From IMG/VR virus record IMGVR_UViG_2563366840_000011, positions 12,067-76,066 of that record: DNA of 64,000 bases. One strand, written 5' to 3'. The position numbers were made by a program, and so were the translations under genes. Shown here one piece after another: positions 41,546-51,066 of the stretch (positions are counted from its first letter, which is position 1; every line of letters starts with the position of its first letter). Source of the stretch: a virus. Taxonomy: Duplodnaviria > Heunggongvirae > Uroviricota > Caudoviricetes. Under the pieces are notes generated by a model. It did not search any database and was not told the origin of the DNA. It saw nothing but the letters and a program-made list of their open reading frames with translations.

Positions 41546-43195
41546 ATGGCCAGAACTAAGTTATCCAGCAAAGATTTTCTTGCCGAACTGGCGGAACTTT
41601 CCGCCAGTCTTCGTCGCACCATTGAAGCCGAAGATGTGGGCTTTGACCCCTCCGCAGCTGCAATTGCTGAGCGTCGCGGCCTCGTTGCTGACCCTGTAAC
41701 GGGGTTTGAATACTTTGTGCAGCATTATTTTCCGCACTATGTCCGCCATGCCGCCCGCAGTGAGCTGCATAACTATCTCTATAAGCGTCTGCCTGAAATC
41801 ATCCAGGCCACGGGGAGCCAGAACGATGCAATAGCGGCTCCCCGTGGTGAAGCCAAATCCACCATCGTGAGTCAGCTTTTTGTCATCTGGTGCATTGTGC
41901 TGGCGCTCAAGCATTACCCGGTCATCATTATGGACTCCATCGACCAGGCCTATCCGATGCTGGAGGCGATAAAGGCGGAACTGCAGTTTAACCCCCGTCT
42001 GCTGATGGACTTTCCTGAAGCGACGGGCGGTGGCCGCGTCTGGCAGGCCGGGACAATTCTCACCCGCAACGACATTAAGGTGCAGGTCGCCGGTAGTGGT
42101 AAAAAGTTGCGTGGCCTGCGCCATGGCCCGTATCGTCCAGACCTGGCTGTGCTCGATGATATCGAGAACGACGAGCTGGTGCGTAACCCTGAGCAGCGTG
42201 ACAAGCTCGATAACTGGCTCAAAAAAACCGTCCTGCCGCTCGGTGGTGCGGGGGCCAAGTTCGATGTGGTGTATATCGGGACAATCCTGCACTACGATTC
42301 CGTGCTTTCCCGCACCCTTAAAAATCCGCTATGGACGCGGGCCCGGTTCAAAGCGCTCATCAGCTGGCCGCACAATATGTCGCTGTGGGATAAATGGGAA
42401 GAGATCCTGCGCAACAACGATGAAGATGGTCAGGTTCTGGCGCAGGCATATTACCGTGAGCATCAGGCTGAGATGGATGAAGGAGCTGTTGTTTCATGGG
42501 CTGCGCGTCCGCTTTATGCATTGATGCTCATCCGCGCCCGTGATGGCCACAGTACCTTTGATGCGGAATATCAGAACGATCCCGTCAGCGGCGAAGATGC
42601 GCCATTTACCGGCTGCATTAACTTCTGGGTCAACCGCCTTAACGAGTGGCGCTTCTATGGCGCATGTGACCCCAGCCTGGGTAAACACGGTAACAGCCGC
42701 GACCCTTCCGCATTACTGGTCGGTGGCTTCAACCGCTTCACCGGCATTCTGGATGTGGTCGAAGCGCGTATCCGTAAGCGTGTGCCGGACAAAATTATCT
42801 CTGACGTTATCGAGCTGCAGCGGGAATATAACTGTCTGGTCTGGGCGGTCGAGTCCGTCCAGTTCCAGGAGTTCCTGCGCACCGAACTGGTGAAGCGCTC
42901 CGCTGCGATGGGTATCCCCGTTCCTGCCAGGGCCGTCACGCCTTCGGTTGATAAGCTCCTGCGCATTGAGTCACTGCAGCCACATATGGCCAACGGCCTG
43001 ATACGGCTGCACCCTTCCCAGACCACACTTATCGACCAGCTCCGGCATTTCCCCAAAGCTGACCATGATGACGGGCCAGATGCCCTGCATATGCTCTGGA
43101 TGCTGGCCGTTTCCGGCGCTGGTAATTTTGAATTTAAAGCTGTTCCCCGTCGTGGCCATAGCGGAGACAGGTTCGGTCCTTCAGGAGGATTTTGA
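41546..43195 (+). CDS. Terminase large subunit (Mu gp28-like)
   Basis: 549-aa ORF; ATPase-like N-terminal region (...APRGEAKSTIVSQLF..., ...LAVLDDIEND...) and nuclease-like C-terminal region; Mu-like late gene order. Confidence 0.85.
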   Translation: MARTKLSSKDFLAELAELSASLRRTIEAEDVGFDPSAAAIAERRGLVADPVTGFEYFVQHYFPHYVRHAARSELHNYLYKRLPEIIQATGSQNDAIAAPRGEAKSTIVSQLFVIWCIVLALKHYPVIIMDSIDQAYPMLEAIKAELQFNPRLLMDFPEATGGGRVWQAGTILTRNDIKVQVAGSGKKLRGLRHGPYRPDLAVLDDIENDELVRNPEQRDKLDNWLKKTVLPLGGAGAKFDVVYIGTILHYDSVLSRTLKNPLWTRARFKALISWPHNMSLWDKWEEILRNNDEDGQVLAQAYYREHQAEMDEGAVVSWAARPLYALMLIRARDGHSTFDAEYQNDPVSGEDAPFTGCINFWVNRLNEWRFYGACDPSLGKHGNSRDPSALLVGGFNRFTGILDVVEARIRKRVPDKIISDVIELQREYNCLVWAVESVQFQEFLRTELVKRSAAMGIPVPARAVTPSVDKLLRIESLQPHMANGLIRLHPSQTTLIDQLRHFPKADHDDGPDALHMLWMLAVSGAGNFEFKAVPRRGHSGDRFGPSGGF

Positions 43196-43197
43196 TA

Positions 43198-44766
43198 ATG
43201 GTTCAGATTCTTGACCAGTATGGTCGCCCGCTTAATAAAGAGGTGCTTAAAGCCCCCCAGACCTCCCGCACGTTCGAGCTTCAGCGCGACTGGCCAACTC
43301 ACCCCTCGCGGGGTATGACCATTGCCCGTCTTCCTCGTTTGCTTGAAGCGGCTGAGCGCGGCGATCTGGCGGCTCAGGCTGACCTCTTCGAAGATATGGT
43401 TGAGCGGGACGGGCATATTTTTTCCGAAATGGCCAAGCGCAAGAATGCGCTGCTTACTCTGGACTGGAGCATCGAGCCACCGCCGAACGCGACGGCGGAA
43501 GAAAAGCAGATCGCCGCGATGGTGGCCAGCTGGTTCGCTGACCTTCAGGAAATGGAAGATATTACCCTGAACGCGGCGGAAGCTATCGGGCATGGTTTTT
43601 CTGCTCAGGAGATTGAAAAGTGGGAACTTGACGGCAATCTGTGGTTGCCCGTCAAAATCAAACTGCGTCCGCATCGCTGGTTCTGTACCACGCCGGAAGC
43701 CGGGGACGAGGTGCGTCTTAACACCGGCACGCTGGGTGGAGAAGAGCTCTGGCCGTTTGGCTGGCTGGTGCATACGCACAACGCCAAGTCAGGTTATATC
43801 GCGCAGTCAGGGTTATACCGCGTGCTGGTCTGGCCGTATCTGTTTAAAAACTACAGCGTGCGCGATCTCGCTGAGTTCCTTGAAATCTACGGACTGCCGC
43901 CGCGTATCGGGTCGTATATGTCCGGGGCCAGCCAGGATGAGCAGGATAAACTCATGGAAGCGCTGGTCAGTATCGGTCATAACGCATCGGGGATTATTCC
44001 TGACAACACCAAAATCGAATTTAAGGATGCCGCCGAGGGGCAGTCTGATCCTTTCATGGCGATGATTAACTGGTGCGAGCGTACCGAATCAAAGGTCATT
44101 CTCGGCGGCACGCTGACGTCACAGGCGGACGGTAAGTCCTCAACAAACGCCCTTGGTAATGTGCATAACGAAGTCCGTCACGATCTCCTGACCGCTGATG
44201 CCCGACAGCTGGAAGGGTTTTATCGAGGCTTCATTCGTATGTTACTGGCCATTAATGGTTATAACGTCAGCCCGCGCCGTCAGCCGCGTCTGGTATTTGA
44301 TACCCGCGAGCTGGAGAGCATTGAAACCTTTGCCAATGGTGTTTCCGCACTGGTACGCGCCGGGATGGACACTATTCCGACCTCATGGATACACAAAAAG
44401 GTCGGGATTCCGGTACCAAAAGATAACGAAGCTGTGCTGACGCCGCCTGCTGCACCCTCTCCGGTGGGGCTGAGCACCACGCCGGTATTCCGCCATTTCA
44501 CGGCACTCAGCACCACGGGTGAGGTTATTGACCCTGCGCAGGATGCGCTGGACAGCGCCACATCGCCAGGGGAGAGCATCGCGGTGGCCATGGATAAGCT
44601 GATTGCGCCGCTGGTCTCGGCTCTGAGCAAGGGGCAAAGCCCTGATGAGGCACTGGATATCATTGCTGCGAGTTATCCTCAGCTGGATGATGCGCAGCTG
44701 CAACAGCTGATAAAGCAGGCGCTTTTTGTCAGCGAGGTCTGGGGGCGACTCAATGCCGAAAGCTGA
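43198..44766 (+). CDS. Portal protein (Mu gp29-like)
   Basis: ATG at 43198, 9 nt after AGGAGG: MVQILDQYGRPLNKEVLKAPQTSRTFELQRDWPTHPSRGMTIARLPRLLEAAERGDL...; about 520 aa; follows terminase. Confidence 0.85.
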   Translation: MVQILDQYGRPLNKEVLKAPQTSRTFELQRDWPTHPSRGMTIARLPRLLEAAERGDLAAQADLFEDMVERDGHIFSEMAKRKNALLTLDWSIEPPPNATAEEKQIAAMVASWFADLQEMEDITLNAAEAIGHGFSAQEIEKWELDGNLWLPVKIKLRPHRWFCTTPEAGDEVRLNTGTLGGEELWPFGWLVHTHNAKSGYIAQSGLYRVLVWPYLFKNYSVRDLAEFLEIYGLPPRIGSYMSGASQDEQDKLMEALVSIGHNASGIIPDNTKIEFKDAAEGQSDPFMAMINWCERTESKVILGGTLTSQADGKSSTNALGNVHNEVRHDLLTADARQLEGFYRGFIRMLLAINGYNVSPRRQPRLVFDTRELESIETFANGVSALVRAGMDTIPTSWIHKKVGIPVPKDNEAVLTPPAAPSPVGLSTTPVFRHFTALSTTGEVIDPAQDALDSATSPGESIAVAMDKLIAPLVSALSKGQSPDEALDIIAASYPQLDDAQLQQLIKQALFVSEVWGRLNAES

Positions 44767-46012
44767 TGTTGATCTGGGGTACGCCATCGGGTTAAAGCCC
44801 GAAGAAGCGATAGCCTACTTTGAGTCGAAGGGCTACACCACCGGCTTTAACTGGCACGATGTTGAAGCCCGCGCCCACGCCACCAGTTTCACCGTGGCGG
44901 GCGTCCTTAAACAGGATGTGCTTGAGGATATTCATCAATCGCTGCGCGAGCATATTGTTAACGGCGGCACGCTCCGGGACTTCGAACGGCAGATTACCCC
45001 AACGTTGATCCGTAAGGGCTGGCTTGCTGACCGTGCCAGGCTGGTCGCCGATGAAGATGGTGTACTGGAGGGTAAACAACTTACGCCACGCCGTCTGCGC
45101 ACCATCTTTGAAACCAATATGCAGGCGGCGTATGGTGCCGGTCGCTATGCGGAGCAGATGGCCAACGCGGAGTTTCGCCCCATATGGGAACGCGTGGCCG
45201 TCATGGATATGCACACCCGGCCACTCCACGCCAGGCTCAATGGTTTCACTGCCCGCTATGACGATCCTGTGTGGCAGTTCATGTACCCGCCTGACGGATA
45301 CCACTGCCGGTGCCGCATTCGCGCCAGAACCCAGGCGGATGCTGACCGCATGGGGATTGAGGTCAAATCGTGGGAGCAGGACATTGTCACGGTACAACAG
45401 GCATGGGGACCAAAAGAAACCCGTGACGTTAAGGCGTTACGCTTCAACGGCGAGCTTTACACGCCTGATGCCGGATTCGGGCACAATCCGGGTCAGGGCT
45501 GGCTCTCTTCTCTCGGACAGCGCCTTATGAATAAATCTGCAACCACCACGCCCCGGATTGCCTCTCAGGCCATCCATGAAACACTGTCTGAACCTGCAGT
45601 GCTGGATGCCGTCAGTGATGATGTGCGTCGCTGGGTCGACACCGTCAGCGTGCGGCAGAAGACCCGTGGCGACCTGAGGCGCGTTGGCGGTATCCAGCCT
45701 GAGCTGCTGAATCGCCTCGAAGAGCGTGGTGTTAACGGTGCGATCACATTAAGCATTCACGAAGAGGATGTCCGGCTGGCTCCGGGCCCGATGTGGTCAG
45801 AGCTTCCCGTTCTGCTACGTCAGCCAGCGGGTGTCTGGCTTGATGATGATGCTCTGGTGTGGCTCCTCTCCGGGCAGAACGGTATCCGCGCGGTGCGTGG
45901 TGTGCAGTCTGACAATGGCTGGCGTCTGTCGCTGATGAACGCCGGTGCCACCGTCACTCCTGGTGATGTGTTATCTGAACGCGCGACGCAGCTGCTGGAG
46001 CTGAAATCATGA
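44753..46012 (+). CDS. Head morphogenesis protein (Mu F-like)
   Basis: ATG at 44753: MPKADVDLGYAIGLKPEEAIAYFESKGYTTGFNWHDVEARAHATSFTVAGVLKQDVLEDIHQSL...; overlaps the portal stop. Confidence 0.8.
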   Translation: MPKADVDLGYAIGLKPEEAIAYFESKGYTTGFNWHDVEARAHATSFTVAGVLKQDVLEDIHQSLREHIVNGGTLRDFERQITPTLIRKGWLADRARLVADEDGVLEGKQLTPRRLRTIFETNMQAAYGAGRYAEQMANAEFRPIWERVAVMDMHTRPLHARLNGFTARYDDPVWQFMYPPDGYHCRCRIRARTQADADRMGIEVKSWEQDIVTVQQAWGPKETRDVKALRFNGELYTPDAGFGHNPGQGWLSSLGQRLMNKSATTTPRIASQAIHETLSEPAVLDAVSDDVRRWVDTVSVRQKTRGDLRRVGGIQPELLNRLEERGVNGAITLSIHEEDVRLAPGPMWSELPVLLRQPAGVWLDDDALVWLLSGQNGIRAVRGVQSDNGWRLSLMNAGATVTPGDVLSERATQLLELKS

Positions 46013-46551
46013 GTTACGCCATCAGGTATGACATTGGTGACTTTGAGCGTTCACTCGGTGAACTCATTAAAAAGCTGGAAAACCGCGCCCCCCTGATGCG
46101 CGAGATGGCCGCTGCCATGGGCGATGCCGTCGAAGAAAATTTCGCGCAACAGGGTCGCCCCGCATGGATGGGCTGGAGCCCGGCATACGCCCGTCAGCGC
46201 CGGGGCGGTAAAATTCTCCAGAAGAGCGGTCGACTGGCGGCAAGTATCACCCAGTACAGCACGAATGATGAGGCGACGGTCGGGACCAATGTGAAATACG
46301 CCCGCATCCACCAGGAAGGCGGGGAAATCAGCATTCCGGCCCGCAGTCAGAAAGCCTGGTACCGCCAGAAAAAGGATGGTTCAGTGGGTAACCGGTTCGT
46401 TAAAAAATCCCGCTCCAACTTTGAGCAGTGGAACACTATCGGGGCGTATAAAATTAGGATGCCCGCGCGTCCTTTCCTGCATCTCACCGAAGATGACGTG
46501 GAGAAGATGGAGAATACGGCTGAGCAGTATCTGAAACATATTTTAGACTGA
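46009..46551 (+). CDS. Virion morphogenesis protein (Mu G-like)
   Basis: 180-aa ORF MSYAIRYDIGDFERSLGELIKKLENRAPLMREMAAAMGDAVEENFAQQGRPAW... Confidence 0.7.
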   Translation: MSYAIRYDIGDFERSLGELIKKLENRAPLMREMAAAMGDAVEENFAQQGRPAWMGWSPAYARQRRGGKILQKSGRLAASITQYSTNDEATVGTNVKYARIHQEGGEISIPARSQKAWYRQKKDGSVGNRFVKKSRSNFEQWNTIGAYKIRMPARPFLHLTEDDVEKMENTAEQYLKHILD

Positions 46552-46864
46552 GGGCAAATTCGTCCTGTAACGCGCTGTGACGCGTTCAGTCTGATTGTGC
46601 TAGAGTGATTCGCCAAAGAGGTGTTCAGACGTTTTTAAAAGCGGTTTAAAAAGGCCTGGGCTCATAAATGCATTACGGGAGCGGGCAACTGGACACATTC
46701 AAAGCTTTCCTTGATTATTTCACCCCGCAGCAGTGGGTCTTCATTGGCATCTTAGGGGGCTGGTTATAAAGGTTGCTGAGTGGTTCACTGACCGATACTT
46801 TGCCCGCAGGCGTCAGTCTGCTAAACCCGATAAGCCGACAACCAAAGCGATCCTCAGCGATAAT

Positions 46865-46882
46865 CCACTGAACCTCTTCATC
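46865..46882 (+). promoter_or_regulatory. Conserved late box, copy 2 (upstream of protease/scaffold gene), candidate late promoter/activator site
   Basis: CCACTGAACCTCTTCATC, then inverted repeat tggtgccg/cggcacca (46898-46919) abutting ATG 46919; lies in a 370-bp intergenic gap. Confidence 0.5.
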
Positions 46883-46918
46883 TGAACCTCCCCGCAGTGG
46901 TGCCGTATCGTCGGCACC

Positions 46919-48034
46919 ATGAAAAAGACACTCATCGCTTCACTCACCCAGGAAATTAACACCGCTACTCCCGGTGTCATTCAGCTCTTTCCGGCTGGTG
47001 AATTCCGCGCCAGTGATGGTCGCCCGACCGAATGCGCCGCCTGGCTGATGACGCGGGAAATTGCAGAGCGCCTTATTGCCGCTGCTGATGCCCGCGCCAC
47101 CCCCTATGTCCTTGACTACGAACACCAGACCCTTCGGGCCGCTAAAAACGGTCTGCCTGCGCCTGCAGCTGCATTCTTCAAAAAGCTGGAGTGGCGGGAC
47201 GGCGAGGGTTTGTTCGCCATCGATGTCGAGTGGACAGCCGCTGCGGCTGCAATGGTCGAGGCGAAAGAGTATCGCTTTATTTCCCCCGTATTTTCTTACG
47301 ACAAAACCGGTCAGGTGCTGGAGTTGCTTAACGCCGCGCTGACCAATACACCAGCGGTGGACGGGATGGAGGAAGTGTTACTTGCTGCCGCCTCCCTGAT
47401 GGCCGCGCATTTAACCACAGAGGGTCAGACCGAAATGGATGAAGAATTTCTCAATGAGCTACTGAGCAACCTGCGCTGGATGCTCAATCTGCCAACCGCC
47501 TCAACGAAAGAAGAGATTATGGCTGAGCTGCAAAAAATCATCACCATGATTTCCAATGGCCAGGGGACTGCAGCGGCGTCGGTCAGTCTGCTGGATATCC
47601 TGAACCAGAACGCGCAGAGCATCGCCGACCTGTCAGCGAAACTCGACACGCCTGACCCGGCTAAGTGGGTTTCGGTGGAGGTCATGCATTCAGCCGTTCA
47701 GCAGGCAACAGAGCGTGCAGGTGCGGGTAATACCGCCGCACTCGCCACGCAACAGGCTGAAGCGTTGATTACGGTTGCCCTCGGCGACGGTCGTCTGCTT
47801 CCGGCACAGCAGGCATGGGCTGCGTCACTGGCGAAATCCGATCCGGCCAGTCTTACCGCCTTTATCGAAAAAGCGCCAAAGATTGCCGCACTGACGACCA
47901 GTCAGACTCAGGGGCAACCGCCTGCAGGCCTTCCGTCACACCCGTCACAGGGTGCTGAAGATGATGCGATTGACCCGGCCATCTGCTCCATGATGGGCAA
48001 TGACCCGGAAAGCGTCGCGAAATACCTCAAATAA
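46919..48034 (+). CDS. Head protease/scaffold protein (Mu I-like)
   Basis: 371-aa ORF MKKTLIASLTQEINTATPGVIQLFPAGEFRASDGRPTECAAWLMTREIAERL... Confidence 0.8.
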   Translation: MKKTLIASLTQEINTATPGVIQLFPAGEFRASDGRPTECAAWLMTREIAERLIAAADARATPYVLDYEHQTLRAAKNGLPAPAAAFFKKLEWRDGEGLFAIDVEWTAAAAAMVEAKEYRFISPVFSYDKTGQVLELLNAALTNTPAVDGMEEVLLAAASLMAAHLTTEGQTEMDEEFLNELLSNLRWMLNLPTASTKEEIMAELQKIITMISNGQGTAAASVSLLDILNQNAQSIADLSAKLDTPDPAKWVSVEVMHSAVQQATERAGAGNTAALATQQAEALITVALGDGRLLPAQQAWAASLAKSDPASLTAFIEKAPKIAALTTSQTQGQPPAGLPSHPSQGAEDDAIDPAICSMMGNDPESVAKYLK

Positions 48035-48045
48035 AGGAGAGCGAA

Positions 48046-48438
48046 ATGGATCGTCATACCCCTTATCGCGACGGCCAGCTGTTTGCCGTCCCGGTTGCGG
48101 CAGCCACTGAACTCTTTGGCGGCCACATTATTGCGGCCAACGCAGCGGGTTTTGCTGTACCAGGCAGCGCCACTGCAGCCAATACCACCCTCGGCATCTG
48201 TGATGGCTGGGTGGATAACTCTGCAGGTGCAGCCGGTGATGCAAGCGTGCTGGTTCGCCGTGGTAAAGCCTGGTTCCTGGCCAACAGCACTGCTGACGCG
48301 GTCACGCAGACGCAGATTGGCAAAGATTGCTACGTGGTGGACAGCCAGACAGTGGCTAAAACCAGTGATACCAACGCCCGCCCGGTCGCCGGAAAAGTGC
48401 TGGGTCTTGAGAATGATGGCGTCTGGGTTCTGATTTAA
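48046..48438 (+). CDS. Hypothetical head-region protein
   Basis: 130-aa ORF after ATG preceded by GGAGAG; Ala/Gly-rich; between protease and major capsid genes. Confidence 0.5.
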   Translation: MDRHTPYRDGQLFAVPVAAATELFGGHIIAANAAGFAVPGSATAANTTLGICDGWVDNSAGAAGDASVLVRRGKAWFLANSTADAVTQTQIGKDCYVVDSQTVAKTSDTNARPVAGKVLGLENDGVWVLI

Positions 48439-48451
48439 TAAGGAGAGAACC

Positions 48452-49360
48452 GTGTTAATTAACGTAAAAAATGTGCGTCAGATTTTCATTAATCTGAAAG
48501 CGACCTTCCAGAACGCCTTTGATCAGACACCGTCCGACTGGCAGAAGATTGCGATGGTGGTACCGTCGACCGGGAAAGAGAACGACTACAGCTGGCTGAG
48601 CCGTTTCCCGAAAATGCGTGAGTGGATTGGCGACAAGGTTATTAAAGCGTTCGCCGCGTTCAACTACACCATTCGCAATAAAGACTGGGAAGCGACGGTT
48701 GAAGTTGAGCGTAACGATATCGAAGACGATCAGATTATGGGCTATGCCCTGCAGGCTAAAGGTGCGGGCCAGTCCGCTGCCGAACTGCCAGCCGATATCG
48801 TCTTTGCACTCCTGAACAACGGCTTCACCAACCTTTGCTACGATGGTCAGCCCTTCTTTGATACCGACCACCTTTCCGGTGGCAAGTCGGTCTCTAACAA
48901 AGGCACGAAAAAGCTTGCCGTCACCTCGCTTGCCGCAGCAAAAGCAAGTTACGGCGCTGCACGAACCGCCATGCGCAGCCTGAAGGATGATGAAGGCGCA
49001 TCCCTGAAAATTCGCCCGACCATCCTGGTTGTACCTCCGGCTCTTGAAGATGATGCCAACTACCTGATGACGGCTGACCGCTTCCCGGACAATACGCCAA
49101 ACCCTTACAAGGGGACGGCTGAGGTTATGGTTGTCCCTGAGCTGACGTCTGATACCGCCTGGTTCCTTCTGGATAACACCAAACCCGTGAAGCCCCTGAT
49201 TTACCAGGAGCGTAAGAAACCAGTCTTTGTTGAGCAGACCGACTACAACTCTGACAACGTGATGATGCGTAAGAAGTTTCTCTTCGGTGCTGAAGCACGT
49301 GCAAACGGTGGCTACGGCTTCTGGCAGATGGCGTATGGCTCTACCGGGGAGGACGCATAA
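48452..49360 (+). CDS. Major capsid protein (Mu T-like)
   Basis: GTG start after AGGAG; 302-aa ORF MLINVKNVRQIFINLKATFQNAFDQTPSDWQKIAMVVPSTGKENDYSWLSRFPKMREW... Confidence 0.85.
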   Translation: MLINVKNVRQIFINLKATFQNAFDQTPSDWQKIAMVVPSTGKENDYSWLSRFPKMREWIGDKVIKAFAAFNYTIRNKDWEATVEVERNDIEDDQIMGYALQAKGAGQSAAELPADIVFALLNNGFTNLCYDGQPFFDTDHLSGGKSVSNKGTKKLAVTSLAAAKASYGAARTAMRSLKDDEGASLKIRPTILVVPPALEDDANYLMTADRFPDNTPNPYKGTAEVMVVPELTSDTAWFLLDNTKPVKPLIYQERKKPVFVEQTDYNSDNVMMRKKFLFGAEARANGGYGFWQMAYGSTGEDA

Positions 49361-49767
49361 TGCCGATTCAAATCACTGCCCGCCGTAACGGTTTTCGCCG
49401 TCTCGGCATCGCCCACAGCGCGAATACTGTCACCTGGCCGGATGACCAGTTCAGCGACAGCGAACTCCAGATTCTGGAAAACGATCCCAATCTGATTGTG
49501 GTCCGCCTGCAGGATGTGCCTGAAATCTCAGGAGGTGATGATGCTGTTTCCGCCCTGATCGCTGAGCGTGACGGCCTTAAGGTACGCATCAGCGAACTGG
49601 AGGCGACGGTTCTGCAGCTCAATCAGGATGGTGATGCACTTAAGCAGCAGCTAACCAGTGCAAACAGCACCATCGCAGAACTGGAAACTGAACGCAATGC
49701 ACTGCGTCAGGAGCTGGATTCGCTGAAGGCCGGTTCGCAAACCCCGGACAAAAAGGCGAAGGGGTAA
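49360..49767 (+). CDS. Hypothetical head-region protein (coiled-coil C-terminus)
   Basis: 135-aa ORF MPIQITARRNGFRRLGIAHSANTVTWPDDQF... with heptad-like C-terminal segment. Confidence 0.5.
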   Translation: MPIQITARRNGFRRLGIAHSANTVTWPDDQFSDSELQILENDPNLIVVRLQDVPEISGGDDAVSALIAERDGLKVRISELEATVLQLNQDGDALKQQLTSANSTIAELETERNALRQELDSLKAGSQTPDKKAKG

Positions 49768-49770
49768 GCC

Positions 49771-50199
49771 ATGTACGCGAACCGTGAGGACATGGTCAGG
49801 GCGTTTGGTGAGCGTGAGTGCGTGTCGCTCACCGACCGCAGCTATACCGGGCAGATTGACGATGATGTGCTGAACGGCGCACTCATTCAGGCCAGCGCTG
49901 AAATCGACGGTTATCTCTGCGGTCGCTATCCGGTGCCCTGGGCTGATGAGCCCCGTGTTCTCGTCGGTCGCTGCTGCAACATCGCCCGCTACCTTCTGTG
50001 CGGCTCTGAGACCCAGATGACAGATGAAATCCGCGAGCGGTATGAAGACACCGTTCGTTACCTGGAAAAAGTTGCATCCGGGCGAATCAATCTGGGCCGC
50101 ACGACGACGGGGGACGTGGTGAAAAGCGGAACCGGTGCGCGGATGGTGTCTGGTGGTCGCGTCTTCGGGCGTGACCAGACTGGCGGAGGAAGTTTCTGA
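49771..50199 (+). CDS. Mu gp36-like head-tail connector protein
   Basis: 142-aa ORF MYANREDMVRAFGERECVSLTDRSYTGQIDDDVLNGALIQASAEIDGYLCGRYPVPW... Confidence 0.65.
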   Translation: MYANREDMVRAFGERECVSLTDRSYTGQIDDDVLNGALIQASAEIDGYLCGRYPVPWADEPRVLVGRCCNIARYLLCGSETQMTDEIRERYEDTVRYLEKVASGRINLGRTTTGDVVKSGTGARMVSGGRVFGRDQTGGGSF

Positions 50200-50858
50200 T
50201 GGTGATTACGGATATCGAAAAAGCCATCGTGGAGCGCCTTCGTAAAGGTATGGGGCGTATGGTGAAGAACGTGCGCTCCTACGGCGGCGAGCTGGACGGC
50301 GAACCTGCGGAGGTGCTGCGCCAGCTCCCTTCGGTCTGGGTGACCTTCGGCGGGGTACAAAAAACCGAGCCGTACAGCACAGCCCGGCAACGGTTTGTCA
50401 CCCACGGTCGCTTTGTCGTGGTGGTTGGCGAGCGCAGCCTGCGCAGTGAAGAAGCGGCCCGAATGGGGGGGCCGCATGTGCAGGAGGTGGGGACGTATAT
50501 TCTGGTCGCCGCCGTTCGTCGTCTGCTGTCGGGTCAGGATATGGCCGATACGGGTATCAAAATCGACCCGCTCAGCCCTGGTCGCGTGCGCACGCTCTTC
50601 AACACCCAGATAGAGTCTCAGGCATTTTCCGTTTTTGCCTGTGAGTTCGACACAAAGTGGATTGAGTCGGCGCTGGAGAACGGGCGTTACCCGCTCACGG
50701 CTGCGCCGGAAGACCATGCTGACCATATGTTCCGGATTTATGGCGGTGCCACTACCGACGATGACCCGGCATGGCTGAGAACCCGACTCAGTTACGATCT
50801 TAAGCAGCCTGATAAAGACAATGCAGCAGAGGACATTATCAGTCATGAGCAAAATTAA
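50199..50858 (+). CDS. Mu gp37-like protein
   Basis: 219-aa ORF MVITDIEKAIVERLRKGMGRMVKNVRSYGGELDGEPAEVLRQLPSVWVTFGG... Confidence 0.65.
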   Translation: MVITDIEKAIVERLRKGMGRMVKNVRSYGGELDGEPAEVLRQLPSVWVTFGGVQKTEPYSTARQRFVTHGRFVVVVGERSLRSEEAARMGGPHVQEVGTYILVAAVRRLLSGQDMADTGIKIDPLSPGRVRTLFNTQIESQAFSVFACEFDTKWIESALENGRYPLTAAPEDHADHMFRIYGGATTDDDPAWLRTRLSYDLKQPDKDNAAEDIISHEQN

Positions 50859-51066
50859 AGTAAAAGCCGCCAGAGGGTTGAGCGTGCCGCGCGAAGATAA
50901 TGCGCGCCGCTACATTACTGATGCGGAACCAATTGAGGTGGAGAACACCGCTTATTACCAGCGTCAGGTAATGGCCGGTGATCTGATTATTGTTACCAGC
51001 AGTGACAAGAACACCAAAAGCAAAAGCAGCGAGCCCAGCGCGGAGGTGAACGGTGAGCAGTCCTAA
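50845..51066 (+). CDS. Mu gp38-like small protein
   Basis: ATG at 50845: MSKIKVKAARGLSVPREDNARRYITDAEPIEVENTAYYQRQVMAGDLIIVTSSDKNTKSKSS... Confidence 0.55.
   Translation: MSKIKVKAARGLSVPREDNARRYITDAEPIEVENTAYYQRQVMAGDLIIVTSSDKNTKSKSSEPSAEVNGEQS

Noticed and set aside
41561-43779. Long minus-strand ORFs (41561-42292, 42655-43779) across the Mu-like terminase and portal genes
   Set aside because: Antisense to well-supported terminase and portal ORFs; read as chance ORFs.
50058-50852. 264-aa minus-strand ORF overlapping the gp37-like gene
   Set aside because: Antisense to a gene in a conserved Mu-like order; no start context.
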